DNA from: Gemmatimonadota bacterium | GTDB taxonomy: Bacteria; Gemmatimonadota; Gemmatimonadetes; Palauibacterales; Palauibacteraceae | Assembly (NCBI GenBank): GCA_039589195.1 | Contig: JBDHHV010000002.1 | Location: 1,126 to 65,125 of the forward strand | Reading direction: 5' to 3' | Length of the DNA stretch: 64,000 nt | Part shown: in pieces, positions 38,310 through 47,273 of the stretch | How the letters are laid out: the number at the start of each line of letters is the position of its first letter | Position numbering within the stretch: the stretch's first letter is position 1 | Made by a program: the position numbers and the translations under genes | Notes under the pieces: generated by a model | What the model saw: the letters and a program-made list of their open reading frames with translations, nothing else | What the model was told of the DNA's origin: nothing | Database searches by the model: none

Positions 38310-39460
38310 GCGATCCCCACCCGGCCCAACAGAGCCGTGAGAACGCTGTCCGAATCGAAGTGGCTCCGCGCGAGCGCACGGGCTGCGCGGGAGTGTGGCC
38401 TGTAATCGCGGCGGATGGCTCGAAGTCCCTCCGCCGCTTCATCCAGGGTCGTGAAAGCGCACAACCCGGCACCCGTCGGCAGGTAGCGCGAGAAGCCGGT
38501 CTCCTGCGCGAGGACCGGCCGGCCCGATGCCAGATAGCAGACGCTCCGATCGGAGAACCAGCCGCACGCGGCTTCGACGTATCCGGACTTGGCGACGCCG
38601 AGCTCGGCGAAGGAGTCGACGACGAAGCGGCGGTAGCGGTCGGGAGTACCAGCCGACTGCGTGGGATCCACGAGGACCCAGCCGCCGGCACGCAGCGAGG
38701 CCAGGTCGTCTCGTTCGTCGGGGTGTACGGTGAGCGCCAGCCGAACGCGCTCGTCCGCCAGTCTGGGCAGCTCCATCAGGGGACGGAGCGCGTGCGCCTT
38801 CTGCCCATAAAAAACGCCTTCGTGTCGAATCGAACCGTATGCGCGCCAGTTGGCCACCGTCGTGAACGACGCCTCGGCGGGCTCGCGGTTCGACTCGACG
38901 AGCGGCCAATACGGGAGCACCACGGGGGGTAGCGTCGGGATCCAGCTCCGCCCGCACGTCGGTATCGTGCAATCCGCCTCGGCCAGACCCGGCCCCACCG
39001 TGGCGAAATGCGTGTGACCCTCCAGCCCCAGATCCAGCCCCTCCACGGCGCTCCACAGCTGCGTGAAGCCGGGGTCGAGATCCACGTACAGGCGGGTGGG
39101 GATCGGTCCGGTGATCTCCCGGTCGCGGAGGACGCCGGACAGGTTGACGAGCAGGTCGGCGCGTCCGGCCGCGTCGATCACGCTCTCGTACGGCATGCCC
39201 ATGGCCCTGCGAGCGCCGGGGACGAGCAGCGCGGCCCTTCCGGCGAGACCGAAGCGTCGGCAGACACGGCCGAAATACTCCTCGACCGCCGGCCCGGACA
39301 CGGAGTCATCGAGCGGCTCGACGAGGGTGACCTCCCAGCCAAGCCGCCGGAGCCCCAGGGCGTATTGAAGCACCGCCCAGGTAGCGCCACCCTGCCCCGG
39401 GGTCCCGGCGAAGCGGCCGCTCACGATCGCCGTCCGTCGGCGAGACGAGGCGGGGATCAA
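38306..39460 (-). CDS. Divergent GT-B fold (GT4-like) glycosyltransferase, paralog 1 of 3 tandem copies. TTG start with GGAGAGGG Shine-Dalgarno.
   Basis: N-terminal Rossmann half with G-rich loop (GTPGQGGATWAVLQYALGLRRLGWEV). C-terminal half GWFSDRSVCYLASGRPVLAQETGF resembling the GT4 EAMA-G-PV donor-binding region. Paralogous to 39457..40635 and 40643..41884. Confidence 0.5.
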   Translation of the reverse strand: MIPASSRRRTAIVSGRFAGTPGQGGATWAVLQYALGLRRLGWEVTLVEPLDDSVSGPAVEEYFGRVCRRFGLAGRAALLVPGARRAMGMPYESVIDAAGRADLLVNLSGVLRDREITGPIPTRLYVDLDPGFTQLWSAVEGLDLGLEGHTHFATVGPGLAEADCTIPTCGRSWIPTLPPVVLPYWPLVESNREPAEASFTTVANWRAYGSIRHEGVFYGQKAHALRPLMELPRLADERVRLALTVHPDERDDLASLRAGGWVLVDPTQSAGTPDRYRRFVVDSFAELGVAKSGYVEAACGWFSDRSVCYLASGRPVLAQETGFSRYLPTGAGLCAFTTLDEAAEGLRAIRRDYRPHSRAARALARSHFDSDSVLTALLGRVGIA

Positions 39461-40635
39461 GCCGCCCTCTCCACGGGTCCGACGCGATCGAGAAACTCGC
39501 CCAGCACTCGGCTCGAGTCCAGATAGTGCTCGGCGAGCGCCCGGGCGGCGCTCGAATGCTCATCGTAGTCCCGCCGGATCCGGGCAGCGCCCGCGACGGC
39601 GTCCTCGAGGGTCCGGAACGTGAGCAGGCCGGCGTCGGTGGGCAGGTCCGAGAACCCGGTGTCCTCCACCAGCGCGGGTCTACCGGAGGCCAGATAATGG
39701 GCCGTCCGGTCGCTGAACCACCCGCTTAGCGTCTCGACGTAGATCTCCTGGGCGGCGGAGAACTCCGCATCGGATGCTTGGATGTAGCTCCGGTACGTGG
39801 CCGGATCCGGCACCACATCCCGCGGATCCACCAGCGACCATCCGTGCGTCCGCAGGGCATGCAGATCGACCGAGTCGCCGGGGTCGATCTGGAGGGCGAT
39901 CTCGAACCGCCCCTCGGCTCGTCTGGGGACGTCCAGGTACTCGCGAAACCGGTGCGCTTTCAGGCCCAGTCGACGGCCATCCCGGTGGAGAGAACCGAAC
40001 GCGCCACGCCAGCTCGCGACGGTTGTGAATCGGGGCTCCCGGCCAGCGTATCCGGCGCCCTCGGACGAGGGCCATTCCTCCATGAGCACCGGCGGCCGGA
40101 ATGGCTGCCACGCGAGACCACCGTCGGGTATCGCGCACCCCGCGAGCCCCACGTTGGCGCCCACGGTGAAGAAGGCCGTGTGGTCCCCGAGGCGTCCTCC
40201 GAGACCCTCGTCGTGCCAGAACTGGGTGAAGCCGGGGTCCAAATCGATGTACGCGCGGCGCGGCACGCGAGTCATGAACGGTTCGAGCGTCAGGTGGCCG
40301 CTCATGTTGACGAGCAGGTCGGCGTCGCCCGCCAGGTCGGCCAACTCCCCCGGTCCGAGCCCCGAGACCGGCTGCCCGTCTCGGGTCACGAGCGCTGACC
40401 GCTCCCCCAGTCCGAACTCACGCATCACGGCGTCGAAGTGGGCGCGGTGACCGCTGTCGCTCGGCGCGCACCGCTCGCCCAAACCGTCGGTGCATAGGCC
40501 CGGATCGATCTGCTCGAGGAAGTACACTTCCAAGCCGAGGCGCGCGAGACCGACCGCCCAGGTCATGCGAACCCACGCTTCGCCCGCGTTTCCGAGCTTG
40601 TTCGCCACCGCGCCCGCCACGATCGCGATCGTCAT
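39457..40635 (-). CDS. Divergent GT-B fold glycosyltransferase, paralog 2. Start reassigned to ATG at 40635; the track ORF extension overlaps the upstream gene.
   Basis: MTIAIVAGAVANKLGNAGEAWVRMTWAVGLARLGLEV...GWFSDRTAHYLASGRPALVEDTGF. Same architecture as its neighbours. Confidence 0.5.
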   Translation of the reverse strand: MTIAIVAGAVANKLGNAGEAWVRMTWAVGLARLGLEVYFLEQIDPGLCTDGLGERCAPSDSGHRAHFDAVMREFGLGERSALVTRDGQPVSGLGPGELADLAGDADLLVNMSGHLTLEPFMTRVPRRAYIDLDPGFTQFWHDEGLGGRLGDHTAFFTVGANVGLAGCAIPDGGLAWQPFRPPVLMEEWPSSEGAGYAGREPRFTTVASWRGAFGSLHRDGRRLGLKAHRFREYLDVPRRAEGRFEIALQIDPGDSVDLHALRTHGWSLVDPRDVVPDPATYRSYIQASDAEFSAAQEIYVETLSGWFSDRTAHYLASGRPALVEDTGFSDLPTDAGLLTFRTLEDAVAGAARIRRDYDEHSSAARALAEHYLDSSRVLGEFLDRVGPVERAA

Positions 40636-40642
40636 ACGCGAC

Positions 40643-41884
40643 TCACCCTGGTCCGACCGTGATGGGGGGTTGGGACGTCGGTCCTTGAGGATCGATCGGG
40701 CCCTGCGGAAGCGAAGCCGCCATTTCGTCCAGCAATCGTGCGAGCACGCGGTCGCTGTCGAGGTAGGCCTCGGCCAGCTCGCGGGCGGCACGCGCGTGGC
40801 GCTCCCAGTCGGCGTCGATCTGCGCGACGCCCACCACCGCACCTTCGAGGTCCGCGAACGAGAGCAGTCCCTCACCGCTCGGAAGAGCCGCTTCGAAGCC
40901 CGTGTCCGATGCGAGCACGGGTCGCCCACTGGCCAGATAGCAGGCCGACCGGTCGCTGATCCAGCCGCTTCGGGTCTCCGTGTAGAGCGCCTTCGCGACC
41001 ATCAACTCGGCACGCGAGCCGGCGATGAAGCCCCGATAGGCGTCGGGCCCGCCCGCGACGGTCAGCGGGTCCTGGATGGTCCACGCCGATTCGCTCAGGC
41101 GAGCGAGATCCGCTCGTTCGTTCGGGTGGATGTCCAGCGCGACGCGGAACTGCTGGCCTGTCCTCGAGGGGAGAGAGAGGAGCTCGCGGAATGCGTGCGC
41201 GCGCAGACCGTACGTATGGCCTTCGAACTCCAGCGAGCCGCTGTCGCCGCGCCATGTCGCGACCGTGGTGAAGCCGTCGCCCGGGTCCACGACCCGGGGC
41301 CACTCCTCGAGCACCACCGGGGGTAGCGTCGGAATCCACTCAACTCCGCACGCTGGGATCGTGCAGCCGGCGGACCCGATGCCCGTGCCGACGGTGACGA
41401 AGGCATCGTGCCCGGTGAACAGGTCCACGAGCCCCAGTTGGTGCCACATCTGGCCGAACCCGGGATCCAGGTCGACGAACACTCTGCGCTCGGGAGCGGA
41501 AAGGACCTCCTCGTCCGTCCAGTAGCCCATGAAGTTCAGGAGGAAGACCGAGCTCAGCGCATGGTCGATGACCGAGTCGCGCGACCGACCCAGATAACCC
41601 TCACCCTCGCACAGAAGGGCCCATGCGTCCGTCAAGCCGAAACGGTCCATGCAACGAGCGAAGTAGGCCAACTGGACCGAGTAGCGCGGCGCGCACGGGT
41701 GACCGGCGGCGTCCGTGCACATGTCCCGCTCCAGCCGGTCCAGAAACAGTACGTCCCAGCCAAGCCTCCGCAGCCCCAGCAGGTACTGGAGAAAGACCCA
41801 CACATGGCCGGCGCGGCGGTACCGCTGCGCGACGCCGCCTGCGACGATGATGCGTCCCCTGCTCCGAGCGACGCGGCTGCTCAT
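40643..41884 (-). CDS. Divergent GT-B fold glycosyltransferase, paralog 3
   Basis: RIIVAGGVAQRYRRAGHVWVFLQYLLGLRRLGWDV...GWISDRSACYLASGRPVLASDTGF. Confidence 0.5.
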   Translation of the reverse strand: MSSRVARSRGRIIVAGGVAQRYRRAGHVWVFLQYLLGLRRLGWDVLFLDRLERDMCTDAAGHPCAPRYSVQLAYFARCMDRFGLTDAWALLCEGEGYLGRSRDSVIDHALSSVFLLNFMGYWTDEEVLSAPERRVFVDLDPGFGQMWHQLGLVDLFTGHDAFVTVGTGIGSAGCTIPACGVEWIPTLPPVVLEEWPRVVDPGDGFTTVATWRGDSGSLEFEGHTYGLRAHAFRELLSLPSRTGQQFRVALDIHPNERADLARLSESAWTIQDPLTVAGGPDAYRGFIAGSRAELMVAKALYTETRSGWISDRSACYLASGRPVLASDTGFEAALPSGEGLLSFADLEGAVVGVAQIDADWERHARAARELAEAYLDSDRVLARLLDEMAASLPQGPIDPQGPTSQPPITVGPG

Positions 41885-41893
41885 GCGCGGGCC

Positions 41894-43234
41894 TCAGGCG
41901 CCCACGCCCGCGACGGGCGGTGGGATCAGCGCCGGCTTGTCCAGGTATCCGAACGCCCCCAGCGCCGGTCCCAGAGACTCATCGCAAGCCCGTAGCAGGT
42001 CGGGTGGCAGGTCCCGGCGCCAGCGTCCCACCGACGACGCGGGGTCTCTCGCGGTGCGGTGCTGCTCCACGCCCGGCATCCCGCGGGCCGCGTCCTCGAG
42101 CAGGGTACCCGCGGTGGACTCATCCGCCGGGAGATCCAGGTATTCGAGAAGCCGTATCACGGTCGGGATGGGGCGCAGGATGAGGTCCTCGTACCGCACC
42201 AGGTGTGCCTTGTCCGAGCGCGCCTCCCACTGGCCGCGGATGGCTTCCGCCTGGGAGGTGAATTGACGGATCCAGTCCGAGTCGCTCTCGGCCCGGTCGC
42301 GGCCCCAACCGGTGTGCCCGCGTTTCTCGATAAAGGCGAGGATGGAGCAGACCACGTCCCGGAAATCACGCACCAGCACGATCTCCTTGGGCGCGGAGTA
42401 GAGCTCCCAGACCAGGTCCGGGATGTGCCCGCGCATCATGAGCTTCTCGGCATAGTAAACCGGTGTCTCGAGCTCCGAGAGACCGGCGATCTCGCCGTAC
42501 AGGGTGTCGATCTGCCGCTGACAGAAGCTCGCCAGATCCCGCGCCCGGGTCCCACTCAGGCGGGCATCCAATGCCGGGTCCATGGGAGGCGGCCTGAAGC
42601 CGGGGCCGCCCGCCCACCAGTTGTCGCCGAGATCGGTCGGGATCGTGAGCTGTCGCAGGTAGCTGTCGGGGTCGACGAGCGTGCGGAACAGCTCGAACCA
42701 GTACATGGTCACCCGCGCTTCGTACGGGAAGCGGCCATGCACGACGATCTTCGGACTCGCGTCCAGCAGCCGCATCATCCAGGTGGAGCCGCTCCGGCCC
42801 AGGGTCGTCAGCATGAGCGGCTGTAGCCGCGGCGCGTAGTCGCTCATCAGCTCGGGGCGGCGGCCCTCGATCGTCGCCACGGTCGCCCTGCGACCGTTCT
42901 CGAACACCACCCGCACGAGCAACGTGAAGTCCCGAGACAGACCCGCCAGACCGATCAGACACCTGAAGCCCGAGCGCTCGACTCCCGGGGCGCCGGCATG
43001 CAGTTGGGCGATGTCCGGACGCTCGATGTCCACGGGTCCACGGGCCACGGTCACGCCGCGGTCCAGGACCTCGACTTCAGCGACAGCTGCGTCCGCGCCT
43101 ACGGCCCACCCGCGGATGGCGAGGTGCGAGGCCGTCCTGGTACCCGTGTGCCGGGGCTCATCCAGCCCGTGCGCCTTGAGTCCCTCGGTTCCCGCGGGTG
43201 ATTTGACGATGCTGTGGATGTCGAACCCGTTCAC
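41894..43234 (-). CDS. Sulfotransferase family protein with a ~130-aa N-terminal accessory domain
   Basis: 5'-PSB-like TTLGRSGSTWMMRLL and 3'-PB-like RDFRDVVCS PAPS-binding motifs. N-terminal domain related to the N-terminus of the neighbouring GT2 (43231..45192). Confidence 0.72.
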   Translation of the reverse strand: MNGFDIHSIVKSPAGTEGLKAHGLDEPRHTGTRTASHLAIRGWAVGADAAVAEVEVLDRGVTVARGPVDIERPDIAQLHAGAPGVERSGFRCLIGLAGLSRDFTLLVRVVFENGRRATVATIEGRRPELMSDYAPRLQPLMLTTLGRSGSTWMMRLLDASPKIVVHGRFPYEARVTMYWFELFRTLVDPDSYLRQLTIPTDLGDNWWAGGPGFRPPPMDPALDARLSGTRARDLASFCQRQIDTLYGEIAGLSELETPVYYAEKLMMRGHIPDLVWELYSAPKEIVLVRDFRDVVCSILAFIEKRGHTGWGRDRAESDSDWIRQFTSQAEAIRGQWEARSDKAHLVRYEDLILRPIPTVIRLLEYLDLPADESTAGTLLEDAARGMPGVEQHRTARDPASSVGRWRRDLPPDLLRACDESLGPALGAFGYLDKPALIPPPVAGVGA

Positions 43235-45192
43235 TCGTCCGCCCCCCCGTCTTCCGTTTCTTCCCCGTCACCCGGCGGGCACGCGCCGCCGGCCATCGCC
43301 TCGTACGGAAACGCCGCCCGAGCTTCCTGGATGGTCTCGTCCCACAGATGAGTGTGCAGCCAGGCGTTGAAGCGGGTGTTCAGCGAGCGTGCCGCCGATG
43401 GATACGACTGGCCCTCGAGGTGGTACAGCTCCGCATCGGGCAGATACCAGGATGCGAGCCCTCGCTCGAACAGCCGCAGGCAGAGGTCCGAGTCTTCGAA
43501 ATCCCCCTGTACGTAGACACCTCGCAGTCCGCCCAACTCCTCGTAGAGAGCCCGCTCCAACAGCACGCAGGCACCGGTCACCGCCGGTACGCGTCGAGTC
43601 AGGTTGGCGGCAGGGAGCGACCGCGGCATGCCCTTGAAGTAGTGCATGTTCAGCCACACGTCGTTGCCCGGCTGGCGGTCGAAGTACATGCCCGCGTGCT
43701 GGAGCGTATCGTCCTCGTACAGGAGCTTCGCCCCGAGGGCTCCGATACGCGGCGTCTCGTCGTAGAACGAACGCATCTTCCCGAGCCACCCCGGGTGGTG
43801 CGGCAGCACATCCGAGTTGAGCAGCAGAGCCAGCCGCCCACGCGCGGCTCCAACCCCCAGGTTGTTCGCCGCTGAAAAGCCCCCGTTCCGATCCAGCGTT
43901 ACCACTCGAAACGGCACGCGATACAGGTCGTGGAGCTGCGGTGCCGAGATGGCCAGGGCGTCGGCCTGATCGGGCGAATCCAGCACGTAGATGAGGTCCA
44001 CCTCTCGCATCGCCGGATCGTGCACGAACTGAGCGAGCTGCGCCTCCAGGAACTCGAGGCGTCGGTACAGCGGGACGATGATCGAGATCTCGGCGGCGGC
44101 GGGCGTCGCCCCGTACTCCGTGATCTCCGCCACGGCCACTTGATCCATGAGGCGCGTCTGCAGTCGGTTCAGCGCGGGCGCGAGGTGGTCGGTCAGGAGC
44201 GTCTCGGCAGGCCGGGTCTCGCCACCGAGCTGTTTCAGAAGCGCTCGCCGAACACGCTCCGGATCCTTGATCACCGGAGGGGCGGCCGTGACGGCCCGAT
44301 CACCCTCCGCGTTCGTCATCTCGACCCGCCAGCCGTGCGGGAGCCGGCTCGGCCCTCGTGTTCCGAAACGCGCGCAGAAGCCCGTCGAGGTGGAATGTTC
44401 GGCGCCCGCGGGTGCATAGAACTTCTCTACATCGGGGCGCCGGAACCTGTGCAGCGTGTCGAACACCGAAACCCGGTGTCCCTCGGGCGATACGAGCCGG
44501 AGGTCCACGACGCGGGCCTCGCGGTCGTGCAGCCAGCCTCGCACGAAGAAGGTCTCCTCGTCGATCGAGAAGATCTCGTCGACGTGCAGGCCGCGCGGCT
44601 CCTCGGATGCGATCACCACAGGATCCGGAGACTCGCATAGCAGATCGCGTGCGATGGCGAGGGCGCGGCTGGTCTCGAACGGGACCGGCAGCCCGAGCTT
44701 GCGTGGAACCCCCGCCAGGAAGTCCGCCAGACGCCCCCGATCCCTGGCCGGCAGTGGCACGAGCCCGCCCAGGAGCAGGGTGTCCAGGTCGGTCAGCGAC
44801 TTGGAGAGGTCCGAGGGACCGAGCGTCAGGACTCGGTCGCCGGACCGGACCGCAAGACGTCCCATACGGGAAGCGGCTCGTGGGGGCCGGAGCAGGCGCA
44901 CGGCGACCACCTTCGCGGGGCTTGGATCCTCCGGAGGGGGATCGGAGCGCGCGTACGACTCGAAGCATGCGTCGAGGGACTCGAGCTGGCCGTCTCGCTC
45001 GAGCGCGAACTCGATCTCACCGTCCGGTGCCGGGAACCAGCCCACGAGGATCAGAATTTCCTCGCCCAACCAGGCGGCGTAGTCCACCCAACCACCCAGG
45101 CTGTCGGGGATCCACGCGGACTCCGCGACCGCGCTCCCTGGGGCTGCCACCCCGACCGATCCTCTCGTCTCATCCGGCCGATCGGGTCTCAT
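43231..45192 (-). CDS. GT2 family glycosyltransferase with a long N-terminal accessory region. Start reassigned to the ATG overlapping the upstream stop.
   Basis: SIIVPLYRR...DSP... DxD-containing GT2-A fold. LLNSDVLP. QxxRW-like region. Confidence 0.78.
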   Translation of the reverse strand: MRPDRPDETRGSVGVAAPGSAVAESAWIPDSLGGWVDYAAWLGEEILILVGWFPAPDGEIEFALERDGQLESLDACFESYARSDPPPEDPSPAKVVAVRLLRPPRAASRMGRLAVRSGDRVLTLGPSDLSKSLTDLDTLLLGGLVPLPARDRGRLADFLAGVPRKLGLPVPFETSRALAIARDLLCESPDPVVIASEEPRGLHVDEIFSIDEETFFVRGWLHDREARVVDLRLVSPEGHRVSVFDTLHRFRRPDVEKFYAPAGAEHSTSTGFCARFGTRGPSRLPHGWRVEMTNAEGDRAVTAAPPVIKDPERVRRALLKQLGGETRPAETLLTDHLAPALNRLQTRLMDQVAVAEITEYGATPAAAEISIIVPLYRRLEFLEAQLAQFVHDPAMREVDLIYVLDSPDQADALAISAPQLHDLYRVPFRVVTLDRNGGFSAANNLGVGAARGRLALLLNSDVLPHHPGWLGKMRSFYDETPRIGALGAKLLYEDDTLQHAGMYFDRQPGNDVWLNMHYFKGMPRSLPAANLTRRVPAVTGACVLLERALYEELGGLRGVYVQGDFEDSDLCLRLFERGLASWYLPDAELYHLEGQSYPSAARSLNTRFNAWLHTHLWDETIQEARAAFPYEAMAGGACPPGDGEETEDGGADE

Positions 45193-46517
45193 GCAGCCGC
45201 CTCCGAGCGCTTCCGCTCCATCAGCTGGCGGTAGATGGCCGAGATCGACTTGACCGCATCTTCCATCCAATACACCTCGGGAATTCCGGTCTGGAGGCGA
45301 GCCCACAGCTCGGGGTCACGAGCCGCCCGCGCGATCGTGCGCGCGAGGGAGCGCGGATCCCCGGCCCGGAAGTGCAATCCGCTGACGCGGTCCTCCACTT
45401 TCTCCGCCATGCCGCCGATATCGCTGCAGATCACCGGTCGCCCGTGCATGAACGCTTCCTGAATCACGAGCGGGGAGTTCTCGAACCAGATCGAGGGGAT
45501 GACCACCCAGTCGATCGCGCGCATCAGATCGGGCAGCTCGGATGGCTCGTAACGGCCCACCATGGTGACGCGCTCGCGAGTCGCGTCGAGCTGCTCCTCG
45601 AACTCGCGCCGAAACTCGGGGGACCGGAACTCCAGATTCGCGCCATGTAGCCAGACGCGGGGCCGGGGGTCCGTCACGACCTCGTCGGCCAGGATTTTCA
45701 TGGCCTCGAGGAGGACCGTCACTCCCTTGAACGGGCTCAGCTGCCCGAAGAACGCGAATCGATTGCGGGGGCGCTCGGGATCGTCGAGTTCGATCGACCC
45801 CGGCTCGGGCTCGGGCGGACGAATCCGTCCGTTCGGCTCGAAGCGCAGCTTCTCCCGCGGGATGCCCCAATCCACGTAGCGGTCCACCAGGAAGCGGCTC
45901 GGCGCCAGGAAGAGGTCCACCAGCTCGAAGTGGGATTGGATGAAGCGCTTTCTGGCAAGGAACGCCTGCGGCGATATCTCGGGGAAGCACTCGTGGCAGC
46001 GCCGCGGCGAGGACTCCATACAAGGGCGGTCGTTCATGGTCCGCAGCATCTGACCATCCCGATGGCAGATCGGCAGGTACTCGTGCAGCGTGTACACGAT
46101 CGCCGAGTCCGGGAGCGTGTTTCGGATCTCGCGCAGGATGTCGACTCCCAGAAACAGCGTGTGCTGGAAGTGGACCACGTCGGGACGATACGAGAGCAGG
46201 ACATCCCTGAAGCTCTGCGTATACAGGCGCTTGTCCGGGACCGTCATGCGAAACAGATCGAAGGCGGAGCCCTCGGTATGGAAGAAGAGCTGGCCCTCGT
46301 CCTGGTTCACCCGAGACAGACGCGTCCCCGGGTGAGGAGCTGCCGCACGTGATACCGGCGGGCCGTTACGCGCCAACAAGACGGGGTCGAACTCGCCGGC
46401 CTTTTTGACGCCTTGGTACAGCTCCAGAGCGTAATTTTCTACGCCGCCGGGAACGATGGACGGGTGATTGTGGGTCACGTAGAGGACCCTCGGTCGTTCG
46501 CTGGATGCCGAGCTCAC
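45189..46517 (-). CDS. GT4 family (glycosyl transferases group 1) glycosyltransferase. GTG start.
   Basis: WFENSPLVIQEAFMHGRPVICSDIGGMAEKVEDRVSGLHF (E-X7-E region). Confidence 0.85.
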   Translation of the reverse strand: MSSASSERPRVLYVTHNHPSIVPGGVENYALELYQGVKKAGEFDPVLLARNGPPVSRAAAPHPGTRLSRVNQDEGQLFFHTEGSAFDLFRMTVPDKRLYTQSFRDVLLSYRPDVVHFQHTLFLGVDILREIRNTLPDSAIVYTLHEYLPICHRDGQMLRTMNDRPCMESSPRRCHECFPEISPQAFLARKRFIQSHFELVDLFLAPSRFLVDRYVDWGIPREKLRFEPNGRIRPPEPEPGSIELDDPERPRNRFAFFGQLSPFKGVTVLLEAMKILADEVVTDPRPRVWLHGANLEFRSPEFRREFEEQLDATRERVTMVGRYEPSELPDLMRAIDWVVIPSIWFENSPLVIQEAFMHGRPVICSDIGGMAEKVEDRVSGLHFRAGDPRSLARTIARAARDPELWARLQTGIPEVYWMEDAVKSISAIYRQLMERKRSEAAA

Positions 46518-47269
46518 GCCAGCCCTCGCGTCCCGGTCCCCGCTTCATCCAAGGCGTAGACGCGCGCGGTGTCTTCCCGGTGTGCTACCAGCCGGTAACG
46601 AGCCTCCAGATAACGGCCGAATGCCTCGTAATGCTCCAGCCACCAGTAGCTCGCGTGGGGGAGAACGAAGTAGCCGACACCGAGCGCCTTGAGCCGCTCC
46701 AGATGCTCGATGGCCGCCTCGCTGTCCTTTGGGTGATAACCCGCCCAGGTACCGTCGTCATCGGCGGGGAAATGACGGCCGATGCGGCCGTCGAGCTTGA
46801 GCAACATCGAGTCACCCCGACTGACCACCGACACCTGAGATCCCGGCGGGATGGTCGCCTCGATCAGCGAGCGGACGCGCTGGACCAGCGCATCGTAGTC
46901 GACGGGGCCGTTCGCCCGGTCTGCCCAGGGCGTGCCCGTGCCGAGCCCGGAAGTGTCGCCGCACACCCTCGGCTCCGGTCCGCCGGCAGCGGCGCCCGAG
47001 CGACTCCCCCTCGTCCCGAGCGCAGCAGTCTCACGGTGTAGCGCCGCGAGAATGGCACCCAGCTCGTTGATCCGGCGGGCGAGGTGTTCCTGCGATTCGA
47101 GCAGGCGCCGCTGTGAAGCGAGCAGAGCCGCCTCCATCCCCTGGATGCGACGCTCGAGCTCCTCGTAGCGGTCCGAGTCGGGCTCGCGCCGAGCCACCGC
47201 CAGGGCGGCGACCGCTTGTGCGGCAGCCTCTGCGCTCGCCAATCCGTTCGTCTTCATCGGCTTCCCCAT
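46514..47269 (-). CDS. Hypothetical protein: N-terminal coiled coil plus a conserved ~100-aa C-terminal domain of unknown function (shared with the next two proteins)
   Basis: Coiled-coil heptads (EELERRIQGMEAALLASQRRLLESQEHLARRINEL). C-terminus SRGD...HFPADDDGTWAGYHPKDSEAAIEHLERLKALGVGYFVLPHASYWWLEHYEAFGRYLEARYRL. Confidence 0.5.
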   Translation of the reverse strand: MGKPMKTNGLASAEAAAQAVAALAVARREPDSDRYEELERRIQGMEAALLASQRRLLESQEHLARRINELGAILAALHRETAALGTRGSRSGAAAGGPEPRVCGDTSGLGTGTPWADRANGPVDYDALVQRVRSLIEATIPPGSQVSVVSRGDSMLLKLDGRIGRHFPADDDGTWAGYHPKDSEAAIEHLERLKALGVGYFVLPHASYWWLEHYEAFGRYLEARYRLVAHREDTARVYALDEAGTGTRGLA

Positions 47270-47273
47270 TCGG

